In this document: piece by piece, positions 1-12,227 of the stretch
Layout: each line of letters begins with the position of its first letter
How positions within the stretch are numbered: the stretch's first letter is position 1
NCBI GenBank assembly: GCA_030390025.1
Contig: CM059432.1
Coordinates: 13,020,001 to 13,084,000, forward strand
Reading direction: 5' to 3'
DNA length: 64,000 bases
Source of the DNA: Squalus acanthias
Lineage: Eukaryota
The notes under the pieces: generated by a model
The model's database searches: none
The model's input: only the letters and a program-made list of their open reading frames with translations
Told to the model about the DNA's origin: nothing
Position numbers and translations under genes: made by a program

Positions 1-794
1 TGAGCCAGGAATTAAACTTTTAAGAAGAAACATGGAACAAGAATAGTTTCATATTCTGTTAACTATGTACTCCTGGTTACACCATCTTTTTCAAAAATGA
101 TGAAGCGGTTAAAGTGAAACTTAAATATATTTTTAGCTACTTTTGCACCACTTTGAGCTGATTCACATAATGCACCACACGCCACATATGTTCCTCTGCA
201 GCACTGCAGTTTGCAGAGATTAAGCCATTTTGATCATAGCCAACAAAATTTACTGTTGCAGCACTCATGAATAATGTGGCCTATTCCACTCCGTTATTTT
301 CTGTACTCCATGCAGTCTCTAGCATGTATCCTTTATCTGTGCCAGCAGTGTTTGATATGTCCTAGAACTAGAACATAAAAATAATGATCACATATTCCAG
401 TGCGACATGAAATTTATTAGATGGTGGGATGACAACATGACCAGAACTATTTCTCCCTTCCAGCAGCTGTAAATCTGGCATACCAAGATGTTCCACAGCT
501 GTATTACTGGAGGTGTGGAGCTACACTGGTGCGAATGGGTTTTCGTTGAATAATTATTGGCATGTTTCATAACTTGCATTTTGTTCTTCTATACAAATCG
601 TGGGGCTAACCATTCATACCTGCTTCTTGGCATTTTAATGAAGGAAACAGTATTTTAGGCTGGCAGTCTGTTCTTCTGCCAAAGAGGATTTTCAATATAG
701 TGATTTACATTTAGAGAGAGGTGAGAAGACACCCAACAGAGCATAATATAAAATTGCAAATTATTTACTTTTAAATGGAAGTAAACATTTAACC

Positions 795-1040
795 ACCACC
801 TCCAAGTTCCCCTCCAATTCACACACCATCCTGACTTGGAAGTATATCACCGTTCCTTCATCGTCGCTGGGTCAAAATCCTGGAATTCCCTCCCTAACAG
901 CACTGTGGGAGTACCTTCACCACACGAACTGCAGCGGTTCAAGAAGGTGGCTCACCACCACCTTCTCAAGGGCAGTTAGGGATGGGCAATAAATGCTGGC
1001 CTTGCCAGCGACGTCCACATCCCATGAACGAAGAAAAAAA
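795..1040 (+). mobile_element. 3' fragment of a non-LTR LINE (CR1-group/Zenon-like tail GGCTCACCACCACCTTCTCAAGGGC...)
   Basis: Near-identical copies at 9028-9272(+), 18465-18800(+), 39845-40155(-), 42647-42810(+) and 46640-46960(-). A-rich end. Confidence 0.75.
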
Positions 1041-2137
1041 ATGTATGTATAGTGAGAACTACAATTAAGTCTGCCTTACCTGAATAATCTCCTCAAGGTC
1101 CTCAAAAAGTATCTCATTAACAGTGAAGGTGCTAGAATGTCACCTGACGGCCATTTTCACTGAGATCATTCAAGCCAGACAAACTTTATAGTAATATTTA
1201 TTATCAATGCAGTTTGTATATTCTGTACCACAGACTGTCATTTTTTTGTTACATGATGGGAATTAAAAAGATTATGGAACTCGGGAGATTCCTTAGCTCT
1301 GTTAGGAAGTCCAATTTATGACAGGTGAAAAGAAAACTGTGACTTCTTGAAAGTTGAAATAAAATCAAAAGATGTTGGGAATATGCCCAAAACATTAACC
1401 TCTCATTCTCTTTCAAATGCTAATTTACGGCCTGTGCCTTTTCAGCATTATTTACTCCTATTTATTTCAATTTGCAAGTACAGCCTGGAGTTTTCATTTA
1501 AAATGAAATGATCCCAACACTTAGGGTATTTACAAATGGACAATGGGGAAAATTGAAATGGCCAATTCGTTAAGCTGATGAGAAAGGCTTTCATATGTAA
1601 CTATTGTCACTCATGAATTACCAGACTCTTCTCATTATTTAATAATTTAAGTATGGTCCTGTCCCCTCACTCTGCATCTCCTATGGAGTGAGGTTCCTTT
1701 GTTAATATTTTAATTTTTCAGTAAAATTATCAGCAAGAGAATTTCATTTCTTATGTATCCCATAATAATTATCCTTATCTGTGAGATAAGCCTTAATATG
1801 ATTGATTGAGCTTTTCAAAGGAAAACAACATCTTATAAGAAAAGTGAGCTAATCAGGGGATATCATTTTGTAATATATGCTAGAGTGGTGTTACACAATT
1901 GAAGCAGGTGTTTTCTTAATGATAGCAATGGTACGGGGAAAAGATAGCTGGGCAGGGGCGTTCAGGGGCTCCCCTGCCTTGTCTTTGAGTAGGGTTGGGT
2001 TGAGTCATTGCTACTGAGGTGGATGTGACAGAAGTGGTCGTGTTCCCATCCTCTCGCTCATGTCTGCCAGTCCCTCCCATGAAAGTAGGCTAATATGTTT
2101 GTGGACGTGGGCACCTAGCTGTAAATAATACACCAGT

Positions 2138-2445
2138 GAAAGAAAGAAAAACTTGCATTTGTACAGTATCTTTCATGACCTTAGGACGTCCCAAAGCGCT
2201 TTACAGGCAATGAAGTACTTTTGCAGCGTAGTCACTGTTGTAATGTAGGAAACGCGGCAGCCAATTTGTGCACAAACAGCAACGAGGTAGCGACCAGTTA
2301 ATCTGTTTTTGTTATATTGGTTGAGGAATAAATATTGGCCAGGACGCCGGGGATAACTCCCCTGCTCTTCTTCGAAATAGTGCCATGGGATCTTTTACGT
2401 CCACCTGATAAGGCAGACGGGGCCTCGGTTTAACATCTTGTCCAC
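2138..2445 (-). mobile_element. Deu-domain-like tRNA SINE (SacSINE1-like), partial
   Basis: Same sequence as the complete copy at 49085-49520. L2-like tail AAAGCGCTTTGGGACGTCC. Confidence 0.75.
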
Positions 2446-2683
2446 AGAGATAATCTCACAGTATCAAAATTTAATAGTTTTAGTTTATTTATTGTGCTCA
2501 TAAAATGGTGTCCATGATAGTTTTTTATCACCTCTTGTCGGGATTATGATTTTAGCAGGATTTTTTTTAAAACTCATGGAAGGGAGGAAGCATTTTTGGC
2601 ATTGGGGTTGGCATACTGCTGCAAACCAAGAGCAGGAATGGTAAGTAGGTATGCAGGCTCACTCAGCTGATCGGCTGATTTCC

Positions 2684-3957
2684 CAAATTTGCAGATGACA
2701 CAAAACTTGGAACTATAGTGAACAGTGAGGAGGATAGTGATAGACTTCAAGAGGACATACAGCCTGGTGGAATGGGCGGACACATGGCAGATGAAATTTA
2801 ACGCAGAAAAGTGCAAAGTGATACATTTTGGTAGGAAGAACAAGGAGAGGCAATATAAACTAAAGGGTACAATTCTAAAGGGGGTGCATGAACAGTGAGA
2901 CCTGGGGGTATATGTGCACCAATCGTTGAAGATGGCAGGGCAGGTTAAGAAAGCGGTTAAAAAAACATACGGGATCCTGGGCTTCATAAATTTTAAAGCT
3001 TATCGTTTTACATACAGACGGCAGCTTTTGACACGTTAGACCCCCTGCGACTCCACCTCATTGTCTCAGTTGTATCTTGCTATGTCTTTGATGTGGTACC
3101 TTCCTGGCTGACCTGATTAACTTTATCACACCTCGGCAGATAAACAGTCAGGATGATTTAATTTAGTTGTCTGCAATTGTAAGGTACACATGCATTGTTC
3201 TCTATCTATATATGCTTTGGTGATTCTGTATCTCTTTACTTCACCCGACGAAGGAGTAGTAAGCTCCGAAAGCTTGTGATTTCAAATAAAACTGTTGGAC
3301 TATAACCTGGTGTTGTGCGACCTCTCAATTTCATAAATAGAGGCATAGAGTACAAAAACAAGGAAGTTATGATGAACCTTTATAAAACACTGGTTCAGCC
3401 TCAACTGGGGTAATGTGTCCAATTCTGGGCACCGCACTTTCGGAAGGATGTGAAGGCCTTAGAGAGGGTGCAGAAAAGATTTACAAGAATGGTTCCAGGG
3501 GTGAAGTGCTTCAGTTACATGGATAGACTAGAGAAGCTGGGGTTGTTCTCCTTGGAGCACAGAAGGTTGAGAGGAGATTTGTTAGAGGTGTTCAAAATCA
3601 TGAGGGGTCTAGGCAGAGTAGATAGAGAGAAACTGTTCCCATTAACGGAAGGGTCGAGAACCAGAGGACACAGATTTAAGGTGATTGGCAGAATAACCAA
3701 AGGCGACATGAGGGAAAACATTTTTACGCAGCGAGTGATTAGGATCTGGAATGCACTACCTGAAAGGGTGTTGGAGGCAGATTCAGTTGTGGCTTTCAAA
3801 AGTGAATTGGATAAGTACCTGAAGGAAAAAAATTTGCAGGGCTACGAGGAAAGGGTGGGGGAGTGGGACTAGCTGAAATGCTCTTGCAGAGAGCCGGCAT
3901 GGGCTCAATAGGCCGAATGGCCTCCTACTGTGCTGTAACCATTCTATGATTCTATGA
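2684..3957 (+). mobile_element. CR1 LINE 3' fragment (RT C-terminus + tail), interrupted by a Penelope-like insert
   Basis: FADDTKL..., KALERVQKRFTRM, LRGDLLEVFKIM, FTQRVIRIWNALP. Tail repeat (ATTCTATG)n at ~3941-3957. Confidence 0.9.
2992..3329 (+). mobile_element. Penelope-like element terminal repeat (family A) with degenerate minimal hammerhead
   Basis: Flanked by 9-bp TSD TTCATAAAT (2983-2991, 3330-3338). Its 3' part is identical to the arms of the 19736-19911 hairpin. Confidence 0.7.
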
Positions 3958-4484
3958 TCCTATATTGATCCTGTCAGTTGACTTCTTCATGAAGACTGAT
4001 TCTATGCTTAACCTCCAACTTTTTTGAGGAATGTGCGATATTTACGCAGACACTTAAAGAAGTTCCAGTGCTTGAGAAACCATCTGAGGGAACTCAGGGC
4101 AGTTTTGGATGCAACTGTTAGTCAAACCCATACTGTCAGGTTAAGGTGTCAGTGAGGAGCTGACAATGTGATTGAATGCAACATCTCACGGTCTTTTACA
4201 CTACAAGCTTGCCTCCAATACCAAGCATGTATTAGAGGTAATACAGTGGTACAACTAAAATTGCAGTGCGGTTGGAGGCAGTGAAACCCTCCTCAGGGGG
4301 GTAGTGTTCATCTCCAGAAGAGAAGTGCTGTCAGCAGGATGGCTCCCACCAGTAGCATCCATTTCTTCATTGGACACATCTGCCAGGCTACTTATGCCCA
4401 CCAGCAAATGAACTTCCCAATGGACCACATGGGCATTTTGTAACTGGGCCTTTGCAGTCACCCAGGTGGATTATAAATTAAACC

Positions 4485-4915
4485 AGTCAGAAGGTTGTGG
4501 GTTCAAGTCCCACTCCAGGGACTTGAGCACATAAAGCTAGGCTGACACTCCAGTGCAGGGCTGAGGGAGTGCTGCACTGTCAGAGGTGCCGTCTTTCAGA
4601 TGAGATGTTAAACCGAGGCCCCGTCTGCTCTCTCTCAGGTGGACGTAAAAGATCCCATGGCACTATTTCGAAGAAGAGCAGGGGAGTTATCCCCGGTGTT
4701 CTGGCCAATATTTATCCCTCAATCAACATCACTAAAAAACAGATTATCCAGTCATTATCACATTGCTGTTGTGGGACCTTGCTGTGCACAAATTGGCTGC
4801 CGCGTTTCCCACATTACAACAGTGACTACACTTCAAACAAGTACTTCATTGGCTGTAAAGCGCTTTGGGACGTCCGGTGGTCGTGAAAGGCGCTATATAA
4901 ATGCAAGTCTTTCTC
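4485..4915 (+). mobile_element. Deu-domain-like tRNA SINE
   Basis: B-box GGTTCAAGTCCC, central AAAAGATCCCATGGCACTATTTCGAAGAAG, L2-type tail. Confidence 0.8.
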
Positions 4916-5001
4916 TCAGTGTGAGACTGCCTCCTAGTAAGGGGGTTCTCATTTCCTAGTTTCGGCATGGCGGCAGTCAGATCAGGGCCTGATTCCGGAG
5001 T

Positions 5002-5198
5002 AAAAACAGAAAATGCTGGAGATACTCAGCAGGTCAGGCAGCATCTGTGAAGAGAGAAACAGAGTCAACGTTTCAGGTCGATGACTAACGTTAACTCTGT
5101 TTCTCTCTTCACAGATGCTGCCTGACCTGCTGAGTGTCTCCAGCATTTTCTGTTTTTATTTCAGATTTCCAGCATCTGCAGTATTTTCTTTTTGTATT
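5002..5198. mobile_element. Penelope-like inverted terminal-repeat insertion (family B)
   Basis: 72-bp inverted arms (5001-5072 / 5087-5158) and 14-bp TSD CCTGATTCCGGAGT (4988-5001, 5199-5212). Same sequence as 40680-40812 and 51051-51180. Confidence 0.75.
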
Positions 5199-6492
5199 CC
5201 TGATTCCGGAGTTATGTTCCCACTTTTGCTTCAATGACAAGCAGTTACGGGTGCATGAAAGTGGCAGTGGAGCTGTGCCTTGAATCCCATCAATCTGGTT
5301 TGGAATTGGCCCCAAGTCTCAGAGATAACTTGCCCACTGCTGCCATCTAGTCTTTTATGTTCATATTGGTAGTAATGTGGATTGTAATGTGGATTGAATT
5401 GAAATAACATTTATTATCTTTTAAATAACAATGCTTATTTATACGGGATGAAAAGGTCATTTGTTGTTTAATTCTGAGTGTATTAAAGGAAAGTAGCAGG
5501 TTTAAGGAGGTGACTTGTAACCTAGTGCCTTTCACCAACAGAAGTTGGAGGGAGGGGAGAACTTGCTTTGCGAAGATACTCAATTAGTCGGAGATTAAAA
5601 GGGACATTCGGGGGGGAAATTGTAATTTTACTTCGTAAAGTTTAAGATTTAGACCTCTAAAATAATGTTTTAAAAGGACATTTCATTGTGAGCTTGTGGG
5701 AGAGTGCTGCTTTTTTTTAACCTCCTACCCCCCCCCCCCCCCCTCCACTCTCACCGTGCCACAAGAATGATCGTCATAAACCCATCTCTTTGATGCAGTG
5801 CTGAAGAGGCCGAGTCTCCACCTCCTGACCCTCAGCCAGTGCTGCTGTGCTTGGGAACGGAGAGGCCTCTCAACAGAGCGAGAGAGAGAGAGAGGGGGAC
5901 ACACACAAACTCAAAGCAGCTGAGCAGAGCAATAACTGCAGCAAGTGACGGAGCAGCACTCACACGGGTCCCAGATCCTCTGGATGCGCTGCCTCAGATC
6001 GAAGGGGACTTCCAGACAAAAGCAGCGCCAGTTTTGTTTTTAAGTTTTTTTTTCCCCCACACACAAATGAACCTTCATTCCAGTTTCTTGGAAACTTTTT
6101 TTTTAGAAAAAGAGCAACTTCTGCACAGTTTATCTGATCGAGTTCACCCGGTCGGTTACTGCACCGCAAGGGACTGACTGGAAACTGAAGAGGGAAATAG
6201 ACAAGACAGCGCCGGACTCGAGGTTACCGCCGCTCTCCCTGTGTGCGGGACAGAAGGAAGAGAAAGCAGCAAATATATCATTCTCTTTCTTTTTCTCACC
6301 AACCCCCCCCCCCCCCCCCAACCCCTCCTCCTACTTCTCTTCCCTCTCGATGCTATAGCTGAGCACAGGTCGGCGGAACTTTCAGTACAAGTCACAGCGG
6401 GATTTTGACTTTTGAGCTGAGCGCCCTCGGATCTGTTGCGCCGACCCGATTCTCATTTAGTTTGGGGGCGAATTCGGACAACTAAATAATAC

Positions 6493-6565
6493 ATGGAAAC
6501 GATGTCTTCGCACCGGCTGACACCACCAGTCCTCCCATACCTGCTGCTGACACTAATCCTCCCCG
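6493..6565 (+). CDS. APCDD1: APCDD1 coding exon 1 (signal peptide, METMSSHRLTPPVLPYLLLTLILP)
   Basis: ATG at 6493 with in-frame upstream TAA (6487-6489) and a second in-frame ATG at 6502. Hydrophobic signal-like peptide. Donor G|GTGAGT at 6565/6566, phase 1, joins exon 2 in frame. Confidence 0.85.
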
Positions 6566-6613
6566 GTGAGTTATCGGTCAATCTCTTGCTTTCTGGCATA
6601 ACGTTTTGTTTCT

Positions 6614-6614
<1 letters not shown>

Positions 6615-6646
<32 letters not shown>

Positions 6647-6950
6647 ATGTGTGTATATAGAGAGAGAATCATAGAATGGTTTACAGCACAGAAGGAGGCC
6701 ATTTGGCCCGTCGAGTCCGTGCCGGCTCTCTGCAGGAACACTTCAGCTAGTCCCACTCCCCGGCCCATTCCCCGTAGCCCTGCAAAAAACATTTTTTCCT
6801 TCAGGTACTTATCCAATTCCCTTTGGAAAGCCACGATTGAATCTGCCTCCACCCACCCTTTCAGGCAGTGCATTCCATGTATGTGTGTGTGTGTGTGTAT
6901 ATGTGTGTATAGGCACGTGTGTGTAAATATATATATACACACACACACAG
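6615..6950 (-). mobile_element. CR1 3' tail (6667-6876) embedded in a (TA)n/(TG)n/(CA)n microsatellite
   Basis: Reverse complement resembles the CR1 tail at 3750-3957. Dinucleotide repeats on both sides. Confidence 0.8.
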
Positions 6951-8534
6951 ATTATGCCATCCATACTCTAAAAACAGTAATGCATTTCTTAAGGCTTTGA
7001 ATGGGTCTCCCGCCCAGCTGAGAATTGGATTGAGGCGATACTGGAGATACTTGCAGCAATACGGTGCCACTTTTGCCCGTAGTGACTGCCTTTAGATGTC
7101 TGTGTGTACAGCACAGCACTGCCCAATATGAATATCCTCATTCTTTAATGGATAACCCATTTCAGTGAACACTTTGCTTTCTCGAACGAGCCGCGTGTCG
7201 CACAGTCGGCGCTGCTTTAACCCTTCAATTGACTGCCCTTCTTTAGTCAAGTTCTGGGTGGTGGCGGCGACGCCGAGTTGCCCGAATCTGTCAACAGAAG
7301 ACACACGGGTCCGCACCGGAGGTGTCAGCGCCGGAATACATCAAAGCAGCACCGGGAGGGAGGGCAATTAATTCGAGGCCGCATGTGAAAGTCTTTTTAA
7401 AAAGTGTCTGGAACATTGATCCAAATGGTGCGATTCCTTTTTTTGTTGTTGTTGTAGAAATGATTTTATTTTTTAGGAATTGTGTTTACAGTCCCGGGTT
7501 CTCTCCGAAATTAAGCTGGCCTTAGAACTTGCACAAAAGCGGTTTTATCGGTGTTGTGTGCTGCGGGTTGGCTTGTTTTAAAAGTTGGAGATCTGTTGGC
7601 TTTAAACCGCAGGCGGGACTTTTCCCGAGGACCCCCGTTTTGTCAATATCGTGTCAGTTTCATTCATTCAAGAGCCGCTGACCCGTCACCTTTGCCCGGC
7701 GGTCCCAGTCTGGATCTCCGCCATAAAAGTGAAACTTATCAAAAGAAACAGAGCAACCAATCAAGCAACCAGCAAAATAACCCTCCACTCAGTATCAGAG
7801 CTGGAACTGTACATCTCAATGCAGGGAGAGGGAAAGTTCACCCTGAATATAAGCTGTGAATCATTGAAGGGCTGAGTACAGGGAGAAAAAAAATCCCATC
7901 TGTTTGAAATTATAGAGCGACTTTTTTTTTTAATCTCGCTCAAACCAGCGAAGTAAATCAATGCTGATGAAGAGAATAAACTGCGTCTGACGTGGAGATG
8001 TTTGCTCAGAGAACTATAACAAGTTAAAGCAAAACAGATCATTGCACCACTATTTTCCACCCCTAAGTAACTCCAAAACTTAACGGAGTTTTATTGCACA
8101 TCACTGTAATGCACAGACTAGTTAATTGTACTATCACGATTATGCAAAATAATCAGTTTTCTGTTTTTACAAATACGTGTGTAAGGGGCTGCAGTGTGGT
8201 GAATATGTTAGTAATGGAGGGAAAGTACTAAACGCTTTCTCATGGGCTTCACCAACTGAATTTTAATTAGGATTTCAATTCAGTTTGCAGCCTCCTGTTA
8301 CCGACCGTTCTTGAAACAGCCTACTTGGGCACAGACAATGTCCCTGACTAGATGTCAACAAGCTGGACTGGTGCCAGAATGGAGGCTTATCTCCTGGTAT
8401 CGCACTTCTCTTTCTTTAATAAAATAAGTACATCTTTTTTTTAATCTAACTCTTCATTCTATCTGCATCTTTCATTCTATCCCCAGAACCTCCTAGTTCT
8501 ATTCTCCATTTCCAGACTATGGCCTCACACCCTG

Positions 8535-9027
8535 TATCTTATTGAAACATATAAGATTGTGAAGGGGCTTGATCGGGTGGAGGCGGGGAGGATGTTCCCA
8601 AGGATGGGTGAAACTAGAACTAGGGGGCATAATCTTAGAATAAGGGGCTGCTCTTTCAAAACTGAGATGAGGAGAAACTTCTTCACTCAGAGGGTAGTAG
8701 GTCTGTGGAATTTGCTGCCCCAGGAAGCTGTGGAAGCTACATCATTAAATAAATTTAAAACAGAAATAGACAGTTTCCTACAAGTAAAGGGAATTAGGGG
8801 TTACGGGGAGCGGGCAGGAAATTGGACATGAGGCTGAGTTCGGATCGGTCGAGGCCCTGTGGGTGGCGGAGTGGGCCCAGGGACTGAGTGGCCGGGTCCT
8901 GCTCCTACTTCTTGTGTTCTTTAGATTTGAGGTTAGGATCAGATCAGCCATGATCTTATTGAATGGCGGAGCAGGCTCGAGGGGCCGATTGGCCTACTCC
9001 TGCTCCTATTTCTTATGTTCTTATGTT
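8535..9027 (+). mobile_element. CR1 LINE 3' end with a doubled tail
   Basis: MKGLDRVEAGRMFP...NFFTQRVVGLWNLLP. Two successive CCTGCTCCTA...TTCTT(A/G)TGTTCTT tails. Confidence 0.85.
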
Positions 9028-9569
9028 AACTCCAAGTTCCCCTCCAAGTCACACACCATCCTGACTTGGAAATATATCTCCGTTCCTTCATCGTCGCTGG
9101 GTCAAAATCCTGGAACTCCCTCCCTGGCAGCACTGTGGGAGCACCTTCACCACAAGGACTGCAGCGATTCAAGAAGGTGGCTCACCACCACCTTCTCAAG
9201 GGCAATTAAGGATGGGCAATAAATGCTGGCCTTGCCAGCGACGCCCACATCTCATGAATGAATAAAAAAAACTCAGTGGATATCTCCTCAGCACAAACTC
9301 AGGCTTTTGCTTTCAATGCTTCCACAACAACTTGCATTTATATAACACATTAAAAGTAACAATCAGTCCCAAGGCACTTCACAGAAATGGAGGCGAAGCT
9401 AAAGATATGGAGATTATGAAAGGTGACCAAAAGCTTGGCCAAAGAAGTAGGTTTTAAGTAGCGTCTCTGGATGTCATTGTATTAGTCGAGGTAATGAAGT
9501 CAATGAGGCTTATTTCAAGTGAATTAGAATGACTGGGCAACATCAGATTCAGCAAGAGAGCATTACCTA

Positions 9570-10408
9570 TGTACTGGGCAAACATTTGACAGATGGAGTA
9601 TAATGTGGGAAAGTGCGAGGTTATACACATTGGTAGGAAAAATAAAAAAGCAAACTATTATTTAAATGGAGAGAGATTACAAAATGCTACAGTTCAGAGG
9701 GACCTGGGGGTCCTTGTGCATGAAACACAAAAAGTTAGCATGCAGGTACAGCAAGTAATCAAAAAGGCAAATGGAATGTTGGCCTTTATTTCTAGGGGGT
9801 TGGAGTATAAAAGCAGGGAAGTCTGCTACAACTGTACAGGGTATTGGTGAGACCACACCTTGAGTACTGCGTACAGTTTTGGTCTCCTTATTTAAGGAAG
9901 GATATACTTGCATTGGAGGCAGTTCAGAGATGATTCACTAGGTTAATTCCAGATATGAGGGGTTTGACTTATGAGGAAAGGTTGAGCAGGCTGGACCTAT
10001 ACTCATTGGAATTTAGAAGAATGAGAGGTGATCTTATCGAAACATATAAGATACTGAGGGGGCTCAACAAGGTAGATGCAGAGAGGATGTTTCCCCTCGT
10101 GGGGAAATCTAGAACGCGGGGGCACAGTTTCAGAATAAAGGGTCGCCCATTTAGAACTGAGATGAGGAGGAATTTCTTCTCTCAGAGGGTCGTAAATTTG
10201 TGGAATTCTCTGCCCCAGAGAGCCGTGGAGGCTGGGTCATTAAATACATTTAAAATGGAGGTAGACAAATTTTTGCAAGATAAGGGAGTGAAGGGTTATG
10301 GGGAGCGGGCTGGGAAGTGGCTTTGAGCCCAAGATCAGCCATGATCTTATTGAATGGCTGGAGGGGCCAAGTGGCCTATTCCTGCTCCTATTTCTTATGT
10401 TCTTATGT
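9570..10408 (+). mobile_element. CR1 LINE 3' fragment
   Basis: [41 protein letters not shown] and a CR1 tail. Confidence 0.9.
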
Positions 10409-11358
10409 TGAAAGGTAGTATTTCTTTCCTTCTTTATCCGCTGGCTGGGGAGTCAGTGAGGAGTGGTCATCCATTTAAAAGTGTTGCTAAAGAGAGTAAG
10501 CAGACATTGGAAGAAATGTCTTTACACATTAGGTTGTTGGAGCATGTAATGCTTTGCCGCAGGGAGTAGCTGTGGCAGAAACCGTTGCATCTTTCATGGA
10601 AAAATTGATAAATATTTGAAGCAGAGAGCTTTGAGCAGCGAGCAGGACAGTAGAATTAGTTTTGGATTGTTCCAGCAAAGAGGAAGTAAACACGCAAAGG
10701 GCTGGATAACTTCCTTCTGTGCTGTAAACTTCCATGGTTCTAAATAAAATCTTTGAATGGTGCATTGAAAGAATCTGAGATCGATACTTGCAGTTTAGGG
10801 TCCAGCCTGTTGAACATTGCTCGGTTCTGCCTAACTGGAACTCTTTCGGAGATAAGCGTGCACTAACCAGAACACACACTTGCACAACACACTCTCTCTT
10901 CAGTGAGAAGGCTGAATATTTAGAGAGCAGCGAGGGGAGAATCTCTTCTCCCTAAACATTTCAGCTGAGGTAAGTTAAGTTTCAAACCTGCCCAGGGGTC
11001 CCGTGGATCCCCTGAGCGCTTTGTGAATTGGTTTGATGCTGCACTGAATGAATGTACACTCCCCCGCAGTGTCAAACTAAAGCGGTGTGAGGCGACTGTC
11101 TCCAGATAATCTCGCTCCACTTCGCTGCAGACTCTGGATTTAGACTGCAAATTTAGCACTGGTAAACTCGCAGTTTAAATGCACCTAAAGTGCATTCTTT
11201 AAATTAATGCATGCATTATTGCAAACTATCATACATCTAATGAATAGCGGATAGGGATTGAGGGCAATTTAGTAGAAAGTTTTCTTCAGGTCTCACTAAG
11301 CATAAACATACATAATGGTGAGAAATAATTCACTGGGAAACTACCACCAAGTAATATT

Positions 11359-12102
11359 GGCCCAGAAATTGATCTCGCTCTGTTCCCGTGGGGGTAAGCC
11401 TTCCCCGCGATGTCTCACCTCGCTTGTGCTTTTTCAGATCCAGCTCGCACGAACTTGATGTTCCAGACATCAGCTGTGCTGGGCTTGCGTATCCCAGCGG
11501 CGTAGTGAATTCGTGCGAGCTGTGGGATCACGTGACTCAGTTAGAGCCAATGGCAGCACACCATCTTCCATTCATAAGTTTCACAGACCTGCAGTGAAAT
11601 CTATGAATCTTACACCCCCCCAAAATAACAGCTAAACCTCAATTAAATTAAAAAAAAAAACCATCACATTAATAAAATAAGTATAGTTAATTAAATTAAC
11701 CATTTTAAATAAAAAATTAAATTTTTGAAAAAATTTAAAATCTTTTAAAAAGTTATAAAAATAAACTTACCTGTCTTTAAAGTCTCTAAAAAAGATATAC
11801 CTGTAAAAAAAAATTCAAAAAAATACTTAATTCACTACTTACCTTCTTAAAAGCGGGTCTTACTCCTCCTTTTTACATTTCCAAAATCTTCCCTACTTAC
11901 CTGCGCGTCCAAAGCATGAAGTGCACAGCGTGCGCGCAGCCTGTAGCGCGCACGCGATGCACCCAGGACCCGCCCCCTTTTCAGAAGAGCAATTGCCGGT
12001 TTTCAGCGCATGCGCAGGGCATGCAGAAAACCAGCAATTGGAGTGGGAATACGCGAGAGTACGCAGTGCGTACTCTCGCGTCCCGGGATCAATTTTCGGC
12101 CC
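11359..12102. mobile_element. PIF/Harbinger-type MITE, copy 1 (744 bp)
   Basis: Terminal inverted repeats (TIRs) GGCCCAGAAATTGATC / GATCAATTTTCGGCCC, 3-bp TSD ATT, AT-rich core. Confidence 0.85.
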
Positions 12103-12227
12103 ATTGAGTTTACTAGCTGTCGGGCAGTACAGGTATATCGCACCGTAACCTATAGACCCAAATAACCAGCCTTCTCCCCACATTGCTTCCTATTTGTACT
12201 ATACGTTTAACGACAAGAGGTTTGATT

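Larger units (their letters stand above)
5700..7700 (+). promoter_or_regulatory. CpG-enriched promoter / 5' UTR / start of intron 1 of APCDD1
   Basis: Visibly higher CpG density than the flanks, with poly-C and (GA)n tracts, surrounding exon 1. The TSS was not located. Confidence 0.55.

Noticed and set aside
5839..6177. 112-aa upstream ORF before exon 1
   Set aside because: It starts at GTG, includes (GA)n and poly-T low-complexity sequence, and has no recognisable homology.
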